A stretch of DNA of 64,000 nucleotides from Eledone cirrhosa (taxonomy: Eukaryota). Location: positions 9,734,001 to 9,798,000 of the forward strand of contig OZ024745.1 of NCBI GenBank assembly GCA_964016885.1, given 5' to 3'. Shown here piece by piece: positions 38,101-53,100 of the stretch (the stretch's first letter is position 1; the number at the start of each line of letters is the position of its first letter). The position numbers and the translations under genes are program-made. A model generated the notes under the pieces. It was not told the origin of the DNA and did not search any database. It was given only the letters and a program-made list of their open reading frames with translations.

Positions 38101-41100
38101 GCAGCACCACCACCACTGTCTGTCTACACTACCACTGGGTGGGAGCAGCACCAACACCACTGTCTGTCTACACTACCACTGGGTGGGAGCACCACCACCA
38201 CTGTCTGTCTACACTACCACTGGGTGGGAGCAGCACCAACACCACTGTCTGTCTACACTACCACTGGGTGGGAGCACCACCACCACCACTGTCTGTCTAC
38301 ACTACCACTGGATGGGAGCAGCACCACCACCACCACTGTCTGTCTACACTACCACTGGGTGGGAGCAGCACCACCACCACTGTCTGTCTACACTACCACT
38401 GGGTGGGGGCAGCACCACCACCACTGTCTGTCTACACTACCACTGGGTGGGAGCAGCACCACCACCACCACTGTCTGTCTACACTACCATGGGTGGGGGC
38501 AGCACCACCACCACTGTCTGTCTACACTACCACTGGCTGGGAGCACCACCACCACTGTCTGTCTACACTACCACTGGCGGGGAGCACCACCACCACTGTC
38601 TGTCTACACTACCACTGGGTGGGAGCACCACCACCACCACTGTCTGTCTACACTACCACTGGATGGGAGCAGCACCACCACCACCACTGTCTGTCTACAC
38701 TACCACTGGGTGGGAGCAGCACCACCACCACTGTCTGTCTACACTACCACTGGGTGGGAGCAGCACCACCACCACTGTCTGTCTACACTACCACTGGGTG
38801 GGAGCAGCACCACCACCACCACTGTCTGTCTACACTACCACTGGGTGGGGGCAGCACCACCACCACTGTCTGTCTACACTACCACTGGGTGGGAGCAGCA
38901 CCACCACCACCACTGTCTGTCTACACTACCATGGGTGGGGGCAGCACCACCACCACTGTCTGTCTACACTACCACTGGGTGGGAGCAGCACCACCACCAC
39001 TGTCTGTCTACACTACCACTGGGTGGGAGCAGCACCACCACCACTGTCTGTCTACACTACCACTGGGTGGGAGCAGCACCACCACCACTGTCTGTCTACA
39101 CTACCACTGGGTGGGAGCAGCACCACCACCACTGTCTGTCTACACTACCACTGGCTGGGAGCACCACCACCACTGTCTGTCTACACTACCACTGGGTGGG
39201 AGCAGCACCACCACCACTGTCTGTCTACACTACCACTGGCTGGGAGCACCACCACCACTGTCTGTCTACACTACCATGGGTGGGGGCAGCACCACCACCA
39301 CTGTCTGTCTACACTACCACTGGCTGGGAGCACCACCACCACTGTCTGTCTACACTACCACTGGGTGGGAGCAGCACCACCACCACTGTCTGTCTACACT
39401 ACCACTGGGTGGGAGCAGCACCACCACCACTGTCTGTCTACACTACCACTGGGTGGGAGCAGCACCACCACCACCACTGTCTGTCTACACTACCACTGGG
39501 TGGGGGCAGCACCACCACCACTGTCTGTCTACACTACCACTGGGTGGGAGCAGCACCACCACCACCACTGTCTGTCTACACTACCATGGGTGGGGGCAGC
39601 ACCACCACCACTGTCTGTCTACACTACCACTGGCTGGGAGCACCACCACCACTGTCTGTCTACACTACCACTGGGTGGGAGCAGCACCACCACCACTGTC
39701 TGTCTACACTACCACTGGATGGGAGCAGCACCACCACCACCACTGTCTGTCTACACTACCACTGGGTGGGAGCAGCACCAACACCACTGTCTGTCTACAC
39801 TACCACTGGATGGGAGCAGCACCACCACTACTGTCTGTCTACACTACCACTGGGTGGGGGCAGCACCACCACCACTGTCTCTCTACACTACCACTGGGTG
39901 GGAGCAGCACCACCACCACCACTGTCTGTCTACAATACCACTGGGTGGGAGCAGCACCACCACTACTGTCTGTCTACACTACCACTGGGTGGGAGCAGCA
40001 CCACCACTACTGTCTGTCTACACTACCACTGGGTGGGAGCACCACCACCACTGTCTGTCTACACTACCACTGGCTGGGAGCACCACCACCACCACCACTG
40101 TCTGTCTACACTACCACTGGGTGGGAGCAGCACCACCACCACTACTGTCTGTCTACAATACCACTGGGTGGGAGCACCACCACTACTGTCTGTCTACACT
40201 ACCACTGGGTGGGAGCACCACCACTACTGTCTGTCTACACTACCACTGGGTGGGAGCACCACCACTACTGTCTGTCTACAATACCACTGGGTGGGAGCAC
40301 CACCACCACTGTCTGTCTACACTACCACTGGGTGGGAGCACCACCACTACTGTCTGTCTACACTACCACTGGGTGGGAGCACCACCACCACTGTCTGTCT
40401 ACACTACCACTGGCTGGGAGCACCACCACCACCACCACTGTCTGTCTACACTACCACTGGGTGGGAGCAGCACCACCACCACTACTGTCTGTCTACAATA
40501 CCACTGGGTGGGAGCACCACCACTACTGTCTGTCTACACTACCACTGGGTGGGAGCACCACCACTACTGTCTGTCTACACTACCACTGGGTGGGAGCACC
40601 ACCACTACTGTCTGTCTACACTACCACTGGGTGGGAGCACCACCACCACTGTCTGTCTACACTACCACTGGGTGGGAGCAGCACCACCACCACCACTGTC
40701 TGTCTACACTACCACTGGCTGGGAGCACCACCACCACCACCACTGTCTGTCTACACTACCACTGGGTGGGAGCAGCACCACCACCACTGTCTGTCTACAC
40801 TACCACTGGGTGGGAGCAGCACCACCACCACCACTGTCTGTCTACACTACCACTGGCTGGGAGCACCACCACCACCACCACTGTCTGTCTACACTACCAC
40901 TGGGTGGGAGCAGCACCACCACCACTGTCTGTCTACACTACCACTGGGTGGGAGCAGCACCACCACCACCACTGTCTGTCTACACTACCACTGGGTGGGA
41001 GCAGCAGCACCACCACCACTGTCTGTCTACACTACCACTGGCTGGGAGCACCACCACCACCACCACTGTCTGTCTACACTACCACTGGGTGGGAGCAGCA

Positions 41101-44100
41101 CCACCACCACTGTCTGTCTACACTACCACTGGGTGGGAGCAGCACCACCACCACCACTGTCTGTCTACACTACCACTGGGTGGGAGCACCACCACCACCA
41201 CTGTCTGTCTACACTACCACTGGGTGGGAGCAGCACCACCACCACCACTGTCTGTCTACACTACCACTGGGTGGGAGCACCACCACCACCACCACTGTCT
41301 GTCTACACTACCACTGGGTGGGAGCACCACCACCACTGTCTGTCTACACTACCACTGGGTGGGAGCACCACCACCACCACTGTCTGTCTACACTACCACT
41401 GGGTGGGAGCACCACCACCACCACTGTCTGTCTACACTACCACTGGGTGGGAGCAGCACCAACACCACTGTCTGTCTACACTACCACTGGGTGGGAGCAG
41501 CACCACCACCACCACTGTCTGTCTACACTACCACTGGGTGGGAGCAGCACCACCACCACCACTGTCTGTCTACACTACCACTGGGTGGGAGCAGCACCAC
41601 CACCACCACTGTCTGTCTACACTACCACTGGGTGGGAGCACCACCACCACCACTGTCTGTCTACACTACCACTGGGTGGGAGCACCACCACCACCACCAC
41701 TGTCTGTCTACACTACCACTGGCTGGGAGCACCACCACCACCACCACTGTCTGTCTACACTACCACTGGGTGGGAGCACCACCACCACCACCACTGTCTG
41801 TCTACACTACCACTGGGTGGGAGCACCACCACCACTGTCTGTCTACACTACCACTGGGTGGGAGCACCACCACCACCACTGTCTGTCTACACTACCACTG
41901 GGTGGGAGCACCACCACCACCACTGTCTGTCTACACTACCACTGGGTGGGAGCAGCACCAACACCACTGTCTGTCTACACTACCACTGGGTGGGAGCAGC
42001 ACCACCACCACCACTGTCTGTCTACACTACCACTGGGTGGGAGCACCACCACCACCACTGTCTGTCTACACTACCACTGGGTGGGAGCACCACCACCACC
42101 ACTGTCTGTCTACACTACCACTGGGTGGGAGCAGCACCACCACCACCACTGTCTGTCTACACTACCACTGGGTGGGAGCACCACCACCACCACCACTGTC
42201 TGTCTACACTACCACTGGCTGGGAGCAGCACCACCACCACCACTGTCTGTCTACACTACCACTGGGTGGGAGCACCACCACCACCACCACTGTCTGTCTA
42301 CACTACCACTGGCTGGGAGCACCACCACCACCACCACTGTCTGTCTACACTACCACTGGGTGGGAGCACCACCACCACCACCACTGTCTGTCTACACTAC
42401 CACTGGGTGGGAGCACCACCACCACTGTCTGTCTACACTACCACTGGGTGGGAGCACCACCACCACCACTGTCTGTCTACACTACCACTGGGTGGGAGCA
42501 CCACCACCACCACTGTCTGTCTACACTACCACTGGGTGGGAGCAGCACCAACACCACTGTCTGTCTACACTACCACTGGGTGGGAGCAGCACCACCACCA
42601 CCACTGTCTGTCTACACTACCACTGGGTGGGAGCACCACCACCACCACTGTCTGTCTACACTACCACTGGGTGGGAGCACCACCACCACCACTGTCTGTC
42701 TACACTACCACTGGGTGGGAGCAGCACCACCACCACCACTGTCTGTCTACACTACCACTGGGTGGGAGCAGCACCACCACCACCACTGTCTGTCTACACT
42801 ACCACTGGCTGGGAGCAGCACCACCACCACCACTGTCTGTCTACACTACCACTGGCTGGGAGCAGCACCACCACCACTGTCTGTCTACACTACCACTGGG
42901 TGGGAGCAGCACCACCACCACTGTCTGTCTACACTACCACTGGGTGGGAGCAGCACCACCACCACCACTGTCTGTCTACACTACCACTGGGTGGGAGCAG
43001 CACCACCACCACCACTGTCTGTCTACACTACCACTGGGTGGGAGCAGCACCACCACCACTGTCTGTCTACACTACCACTGGGTGGGAGCAGCACCACCAC
43101 CACCACTGTCTGTCTACACTACCACTGGGTGGGAGCAGCACCACCACCACCACTGTCTGTCTACACTACCACTGGGTGGGAGCAGCACCACCACCACCAC
43201 TGTCTGTCTACACTACCACTGGGTGGGAGCAGCACCACCACCACCACTGTCTATCTACACTACCACTGGGTGGGAGCAGCACCACCACCACCACTGTCTG
43301 TCTACACTACCACTGGGTGGGAGCAGCACCACCACCACCACTGTCTGTCTACACTACCACTGGATGGGAGCAGCACCACCACCACCACTGTCTATCTACA
43401 CTACCACTGGGTGGGAGCAGCACCACCACCACTGTCTGTCTACACTACCACTGGGTGGGAGCAGCACCACCACCACCACTGTCTATCTACACTACCACTG
43501 GGTGGGAGCAGCACCACCACCACCACTGTCTATCTACACTACCACTGGGTGGGAGCAGCACCACCACCACTGTCTGTCTACACTACCACTGGGTGGGAGC
43601 AGCACCACCACCACCACTGTCTGTCTACACTACCACTGGGTGGGAGCACCACCACCACCACTGTCTGTCTACACTACCACTGGGTGGGAGCAGCACCACC
43701 ACCACCACTGTCTGTCTACACTACCACTGGGTGGGAGCAGCACCACCACCACCACTGTCTGTCTACACTACCACTGGGTGGGAGCAGCACCACCACCACC
43801 ACTGTCTGTCTACACTACCACTGGGTGGGAGCAGCACCACCACCACCACTGTCTGTCTACACTACCACTGGGTGGGAGCACCACCACCACCACTGTCTGT
43901 CTACACTACCACTGGCTGGGAGCAGCACCACCACCACCACTGTCTATCTACACTACCACTGGGTGGGAGCAGCACCACCACCACCACTGTCTGTCTACAC
44001 TACCACTGGGTGGGAGCAGCACCACCACCACCACTGTCTATCTACACTACCACTGGCTGGGAGCACCACCACCACCACCACTGTCTGTCTACACTACCAC

Positions 44101-47100
44101 TGGCTGGGAGCAGCACCACCACCACCACTGTCTATCTACACTACCACTGGGTGGGAGCAGCACCACCACCACCACTGTCTGTCTACACTACCACTGGCTG
44201 GGAGCAGCACCACCACCACCACTGTCTATCTACACTACCACTGGGTGGGAGCAGCACCACCACCACCACTGTCTGTCTACACTACCACTGGCTGGGAGCA
44301 GCACCACCACCACCACTGTCTATCTACACTACCACTGGGTGGGAGCAGCACCACCACCACCACTGTCTGTCTACACTACCACTGGGTGGGAGCAGCACCA
44401 CCACCACCACTGTCTGTCTACACTACCACTGGGTGGGAGCACCACCACCACCACTGTCTGTCTACACTACCACTGGCTGGGAGCAGCACCACCACCACCA
44501 CTGTCTATCTACACTACCACTGGGTGGGAGCAGCACCACCACCACCACTGTCTGTCTACACTACCACTGGGTGGGAGCAGCACCACCACCACCACTGTCT
44601 GTCTACACTACCACTGGGTGGGAGCACCACCACCACCACTGTCTGTCTACACTACCACTGGCTGGGAGCAGCACCACCACCACCACTGTCTGTCTACACT
44701 ACCACTGGGTGGGAGCAGCACCACCACCACCACTGTCTGTCTACACTACCACTGGGTGGAGCAGCACCACCACCACCACTGTCTGTCTACACTACCACTG
44801 GGTGGGAGCAGCACCACCACCACCACTGTCTGTCTACACTACCACTGGCTGGGAGCAGCACCACCACCACCACTGTCTATCTACACTACCACTGGGTGGG
44901 AGCAGCACCACCACCACCACTGTCTGTCTACACTACCACTGGGTGGGAGCAGCACCACCACCACCACTGTCTGTCTACACTACCACTGGCTGGGAGCAGC
45001 ACCACCACCACCACTGTCTATCTACACTACCACTGGGTGGGAGCAGCACCACCACCACCACTGTCTGTCTACACTACCACTGGGTGGGAGCAGCACCACC
45101 ACCACCACTGTCTGTCTACACTACCACTGGGTGGGAGCACCACCACCACCACTGTCTGTCTACACTACCACTGGGTGGGAGCAGCACCAACACCACTGTC
45201 TGTCTACACTACCACTGGGTGGGAGCAGCACCACCACCACTGTCTGTCTACACTACCACTGGGTGGGAGCAGTACCACCACCACTGTCTCTCTACACTAC
45301 CATGGGTGGGGGCAGCACCACCACCACCACTGTCTCTCTACACTACCATGGGTGGGAGCAGCACCACCACCACCACTGTCTGTCTACACTACCACTGGGT
45401 GGGAGCACCACCACCACCACCACTGTCTGTCTACACTACCACTGGCTGGGAGCACCACCACCACCACTGTCTCTCTACACTACCATGGGTGGGGGCAGCA
45501 CCACCACTGTCTGTCTACACTACCACTGGGTGGCAGCACCACCACCACCACTGTCTGTCTACACTACCACTGGGTGGGAGCAGCACCACCACCACCACTG
45601 TCTGTCTACACTACCACTGGGTGGGAGCACCACCACCAGCACTGTCTCTCTACACTACCACTGGGTGGGAGCAGCACCACCACCACTGTCTGTCTACACT
45701 ACCACTGGGTGGGAGCAGCACCACCACCACCACTGTCTGTCTACACTACCACTGGCTGGGAGCACACCACCACCACCACTGTCTGTCTACACTACCACTG
45801 GGTGGGAGCACCACCACCACCACCACTGTCTGTCTACACTACCACTGGGTGGGAGCAGCACCACCACCACCACTGTCTGTCTACACTACCACTGGGTGGG
45901 GAGCAGCACCACCACCACCACTGTCTGTCTACACTACCACTGGGTGGGAGCACCACCACCACCACCACTGTCTGTCTACACTACCACTGGGTGGGAGCAG
46001 CACCACCACCACCACTGTCTGTCTACACTACCACTGGGTGGGAGCACCACCACCACCACCACTGTCTCTCTACACTACCACTGGGTGGGAGCAGCACCAC
46101 CACCACCACTGTCTGTCTACACTACCACTGGGTGGGAGCACCACCACCACCACTGTCTGTCTACACTACCACTGGGTGGGAGCAGCACCACCACCACTGT
46201 CTGTCTACACTACCACTGGGTGGGAGCAGCACCACCACCACCACTGTCTGTCTACACTACCACTGGGTGGGAGCAGCACCACCACCACCACTGTCTGTCT
46301 ACACTACCACTGGGTGGGAGCAGCACCACCACCACCACTGTCTGTCTACACTACCACTGGGTGGGAGCACCACCACCACCACCACTGTCTGTCTACACTA
46401 CCATGGGTGGGGGCAGCACCACCACCACCACTGTCTGTCTACACTACCACTGGGTGGGAGCAGCACCACCACCACTGTCTGTCTACACTACCATGGGTGG
46501 GGGCAGCACCACCACCACCACTGTCTGTCTACACTACCACTGGCTGGGAGCACCACCACCACTGTCTGTCTACACTACCACTGGGTGGGAGCACCACCAC
46601 CACCACCACTGTCTGTCTACACTACCACTGGCTGGGAGCACCACCACCACTGTCTGTCTACACTACCACTGGCTGGGGAGCACCACCACCACTGTCTGTC
46701 TACACTACCACTGGGTGGGGGCAGCACCACCACCACCACTGTCTGTCTACACTACCACTGGATGGGAGCAGCACCACCACCACCACTGTCTGTCTACACT
46801 ACCACTGGGTGGGAGCAGCACCACCACCACTGTCTGTCTACACTACCATGGGTGGGGGCAGCACCACCACCACCACTGTCTGTCTACACTACCACTGGCT
46901 GGGAGCACCACCACCACTGTCTGTCTACACTACCACTGGGTGGGGGCAGCACCACCACCACCACTGTCTGTCTACACTACCACTGGGTGGGAGCAGCACC
47001 ACCACCACTGTCTGTCTACACTACCACTGGCTGGGAGCACCACCACCACCACCACTGTCTGTCTACACTACCACTGGGTGGGAGCAGCACCACCACCACT

Positions 47101-50100
47101 GTCTGTCTACACTACCATGGGTGGGGGCAGCACCACCACCACCACTGTCTGTCTACACTACCACTGGCTGGGAGCACCACCACCACCACCACTGTCTGTC
47201 TACACTACCACTGGGTGGGAGCACCACCACCACCACTGTCTCTCTACACTACCACTGGGTGGGAGCAGCACCACCACCACTGTCTGTCTACACTACCACT
47301 GGGTGGGAGCACCACCACCACCACCACTGTCTGTCTACACTACCACTGGGTGGGAGCAGCACCACCACCACCACTGTCTATCTACACTACCACTGGGTGG
47401 GAGCAGCACCACCACCACCACTGTCTGTCTACACTACCACTGGCTGGGAGCACCACCACCACCACTGTCTGTCTACACTACCACTGGGTGGGAGCAGCAC
47501 CACCACCACCACTGTCTGTCTACACTACCACTGGGTGGGAGCACCACCACCACCACTGTCTGTCTACACTACCACTGGGTGGGAGCAGCACCACCACCAC
47601 CACTGTCTGTCTACACTACCACTGGGTGGGAGCAGCACCACCACCACCACTGTCTGTCTACACTACCACTGGGTGGGAGCACCACCACCACCACTGTCTG
47701 TCTACACTACCACTGGGTGGGAGCAGCACCACCACCACCACTGTCTGTCTACACTACCACTGGGTGGGAGCACCACCACCACCACTGTCTGTCTACACTA
47801 CCACTGGGTGGGAGCAGCACCACCACCACCACTGTCTATCTACACTACCACTGGGTGGGAGCAGCACCACCACCACCACTGTCTGTCTACACTACCACTG
47901 GCTGGGAGCACCACCACCACCACCACTGTCTGTCTACACTACCACTGGGTGGGAGCACCACCACCACCACTGTCTGTCTACACTACCACTGGCTGGGAGC
48001 ACCACCACCACCACCACTGTCTGTCTACACTACCACTGGGTGGGAGCACCACCACCACTGTCTGTCTACACTACCACTGGGTGGGAGCAGCACCAACACC
48101 ACTGTCTGTCTACACTACCACTGGGTGGGAGCAGCACCACCACCACCACTGTCTGTCTACACTACCACTGGGTGGGAGCACCACCACCACCACTGTCTGT
48201 CTACACTACCACTGGCTGGGAGCACCACCACCACCACCACCACTGTCTGTCTACACTACCACTGGGTGGGAGCACCACCACCACCACTGTCTGTCTACAC
48301 TACCACTGGGTGGGAGCAGCACCACCACCACCACTGTCTGTCTACACTACCACTGGGTGGGAGCACCACCACCACCACTGTCTGTCTACACTACCACTGG
48401 GTGGGAGCAGCACCACCACCACCACTGTCTGTCTACACTACCACTGGCTGGGAGCAGCACCACCACCACCACTGTCTGTCTACACTACCACTGGGTGGGA
48501 GCAGCACCACCACCACTGTCTGTCTACACTACCACTGGGTGGGAGCACCACCACCACTGTCTGTCTACACTACCACTGGCTGGGAGCACCACCACCACCA
48601 CCACTGTCTGTCTACACTACCACTGGGTGGGAGCAGCACCACCACCACTGTCTGTCTACACTACCACTGGGTGGGAGCACCACCACCACTGTCTGTCTAC
48701 ACTACCACTGGCTGGGAGCACCACCACCACCACCACTGTCTGTCTACACTACCACTGGCTGGGAGCAGCACCACCACCACCACTGTCTGTCTACACTACC
48801 ACTGGGTGGGAGCAGCACCACCACCACTGTCTGTCTACACTACCACTGGGTGGGAGCACCACCACCACTGTCTGTCTACACTACCACTGGCTGGGAGCAC
48901 CACCACCACCACCACTGTCTGTCTACACTACCACTGGGTGGGAGCACCACCACCACCGTCTGTCTACACTACCACTGGGTGGGAGCAGCACCACCACCAC
49001 CACCACTGTCTGTCTACACTACCACTGGGTGGGAGCAGCACCACCACCACTGTCTCTCTACACTACCACTGGGTGGGAGCAGCACCACCAACACCACTGT
49101 CTGTCTACACTACCACTGGGTGGGAGCAGCACCAACACCACCACTGTCTGTCTACACTACCACTGGGTGGGAGCACCACCACCACTGTCTGTCTACACTA
49201 CCACTGGGTGGGAGCACCACCACCACTGTCTGTCTACACTACCACTGGGTGGGGGCAGCACCACCACCACCACTGTCTCTCTACACTACCATGGGTGGGG
49301 GCAGCACCACCACCACCACTGTCTGTCTACACTACCACTGGGTGGGAGCAGCACCACCACTGTCTGTCTACACTACCACTGGGTGGGAGCAGCACCACCA
49401 CCACCACTGTCTGTCTACACTACCACTGGGTGGGAGCAGCACCACCACCACTGTCTGTCTACACTACCACTGGCTGGGAGCACCACCACCACCACTGTCT
49501 CTCTACACTACCATGGGTGGGGGCAGCACCACCACTGTCTGTCTACACTACCACTGGGTGGCAGCACCACCACCACCACTGTCTGTCTACACTACCACTG
49601 GGTGGGAGCAGCACCACCACCACTGTCTGTCTACACTACCACTGGGTGGGAGCAGCACCACCACCACCACTGTCTGTCTACACTACCACTGGCTGGGAGC
49701 ACCACCACCACCACCACTGTCTGTCTACACTACCACTGGGTGGGAGCAGCACCACCACCACCACTGTCTGTCTACACTACCACTGGGTGGGAGCAGCACC
49801 ACCACCACCACTGTCTGTCTACACTACCACTGGATGGGAGCACCACCACCACCACTGTCTGTCTACACTACCACTGGGTGGGAGCAGCACCACCACCACT
49901 GTCTGTCTACACTACCATGGGTGGGGGCAGCACCACCACCACCACTGTCTGTCTACACTACCACTGGGTGGGAGCAGCACCACCACCACTGTCTGTCTAC
50001 ACTACCATGGGTGGGGGCAGCACCACCACCACCACTGTCTGTCTACACTACCACTGGCTGGGAGCACCACCACCACTGTCTGTCTACACTACCACTGGGT

Positions 50101-53100
50101 GGGAGCACCACCACCACCACCACTGTCTGTCTACACTACCACTGGCTGGGAGCACCACCACCACTGTCTGTCTACACTACCACTGGGTGGGAGCACCACC
50201 ACCACCACCACTGTCTGTCTACACTACCACTGGGTGGGAGCACCACCACCACTGTCTGTCTACACTACCACTGGCTGGGAGCACCACCACCACTGTCTGT
50301 CTACACTACCACTGGGTGGGGGCAGCACCACCACCACCACTGTCTGTCTACACTACCACTGGCTGGGAGCACCACCACCACCACTGTCTGTCTACACTAC
50401 CACTGGGTGGGAGCAGCACCACCACCACTGTCTGTCTACACTACCATGGGTGGGGGCAGCACCACCACCACCACTGTCTGTCTACACTACCACTGGGTGG
50501 GAGCAGCACCACCACCACTGTCTGTCTACACTACCATGGGTGGGGGCAGCACCACCACCACCACTGTCTGTCTACACTACCACTGGCTGGGAGCACCACC
50601 ACCACCACCACTGTCTGTCTACACTACCACTGGGTGGGAGCACCACCACCACCACTGTCTCTCTACACTACCACTGGGTGGGAGCAGCACCACCACCACT
50701 GTCTGTCTACACTACCACTGGCTGGGAGCACCACCACCACCACCACTGTCTGTCTACACTACCACTGGGTGGGAGCACCACCACCACCACTGTCTCTCTA
50801 CACTACCACTGGGTGGGAGCAGCACCACCACCACTGTCTGTCTACACTACCACTGGCTGGGAGCAGCACCACCACCACCACTGTCTGTCTACACTACCAC
50901 TGGGTGGGAGCAGCACCACCACCACCACTGTCTGTCTACACTACCACTGGGTGGGAGCACCACCACCACCACTGTCTGTCTACACTACCACTGGGTGGGA
51001 GCAGCACCACCACCACCACTGTCTGTCTACACTACCACTGGGTGGGAGCAGCACCACCACCACCACTGTCTGTCTACACTACCACTGGGTGGGAGCAGCA
51101 CCACCACCACCACTGTCTGTCTACACTACCACTGGATGGGAGCACCACCACCACCACTGTCTGTCTACACTACCACTGGGTGGGAGCAGCACCACCACCA
51201 CTGTCTGTCTACACTACCATGGGTGGGGGCAGCACCACCACCACCACTGTCTGTCTACACTACCACTGGGTGGGAGCAGCACCACCACCACTGTCTGTCT
51301 ACACTACCACTGGGTGGGAGCAGCACCACCACCACTGTCTGTCTACACTACCATGGGTGGGGGCAGCACCACCACCACCACTGTCTGTCTACACTACCAC
51401 TGGCTGGGAGCACCACCACCACTGTCTGTCTACACTACCATGGGTGGGAGCAGCACCACCACCACCACTGTCTGTCTACACTACCACTGGCTGGGAGCAC
51501 CACCACCACCACCACTGTCTGTCTACACTACCACTGGGTGGGAGCAGCACCACCACCACTGTCTGTCTACACTACCATGGGTGGGGGCAGCACCACCACC
51601 ACCACTGTCTGTCTACACTACCACTGGCTGGGAGCACCACCACCACTGTCTGTCTACACTACCATGGGTGGGGGCAGCACCACCACCACCACTGTCTGTC
51701 TACACTACCACTGGGTGGGAGCACCACCACCACCACTGTCTGTCTACACTACCACTGGCTGGGAGCACCACCACCACCACCACTGTCTGTCTACACTACC
51801 ACTGGCTGGGAGCACCACCACCACCACCACTGTCTGTCTACACTACCACTGGGTGGGAGCAGCACCACCACCACCACTGTCTGTCTACACTACCACTGGC
51901 TGGGAGCACCACCACCACCACCACTGTCTGTCTACACTACCACTGGGTGGGAGCAGCACCACCACCACTGTCTGTCTACACTACCATGGGTGGGGGCAGC
52001 ACCACCACCACCACTGTCTGTCTACACTACCACTGGCTGGGAGCACCACCACCCACTGTCTGTCTACACTACCATGGGTGGGGGCAGCACCACCACCACC
52101 ACTGTCTGTCTACACTACCACTGGGTGGGAGCACCACCACCACCACTGTCTGTCTACACTACCACTGGCTGGGAGCACCACCACCACCACCACTGTCTGT
52201 CTACACTACCACTGGCTGGGAGCACCACCACCACCACCACTGTCTGTCTACACTACCACTGGGTGGGAGCACCACCACCACCACTGTCTGTCTACACTAC
52301 CACTGGGTGGGAGCAGCACCACCACCACTGTCTGTCTACACTACCACTGGCTGGGAGCACCACCACCACCACCACTGTCTGTCTACACTACCACTGGGTG
52401 GGAGCAGCACCACCACCACTGTCTGTCTACACTACCATGGGTGGGGCAGCACCACCACCACCACTGTCTGTCTACACTACCACTGGCTGGGAGCACCACC
52501 ACCACCACCACTGTCTGTCTACACTACCACTGGGTGGGAGCAGCACCACCACCACTGTCTGTCTACACTACCATGGGTGGGGGCAGCACCACCACCACCA
52601 CTGTCTGTCTACACTACCACTGGCTGGGAGCACCACCACCACCACCACTGTCTGTCTACACTACCACTGGCTGGGAGCACCACCACCACCACCACTGTCT
52701 GTCTACACTACCACTGGGTGGGAGCAGCACCACCACCACTGTCTGTCTACACTACCATGGGTGGGGGCAGCACCACCACCACCACTGTCTGTCTACACTA
52801 CCACTGGCTGGGAGCACCACCACCACCACCACTGTCTGTCTACACTACCATGGGTGGGGGCAGCACCACCACCACCACTGTCTGTCTACACTACCACTGG
52901 GTGGGAGCACCACCACCACCACTGTCTGTCTACACTACCACTGGGTGGGAGCAGTACCACCACCACTGTCTGTCTACACTACCACTGGGTGGGAGCAGCA
53001 CCACCACCACTGTCTGTCTACACTACCACTGGGTGGGAGCAGCACCACCACCACTGTCTGTCTACACTACCACTGGGTGGGAGCACCACCACCACCACCA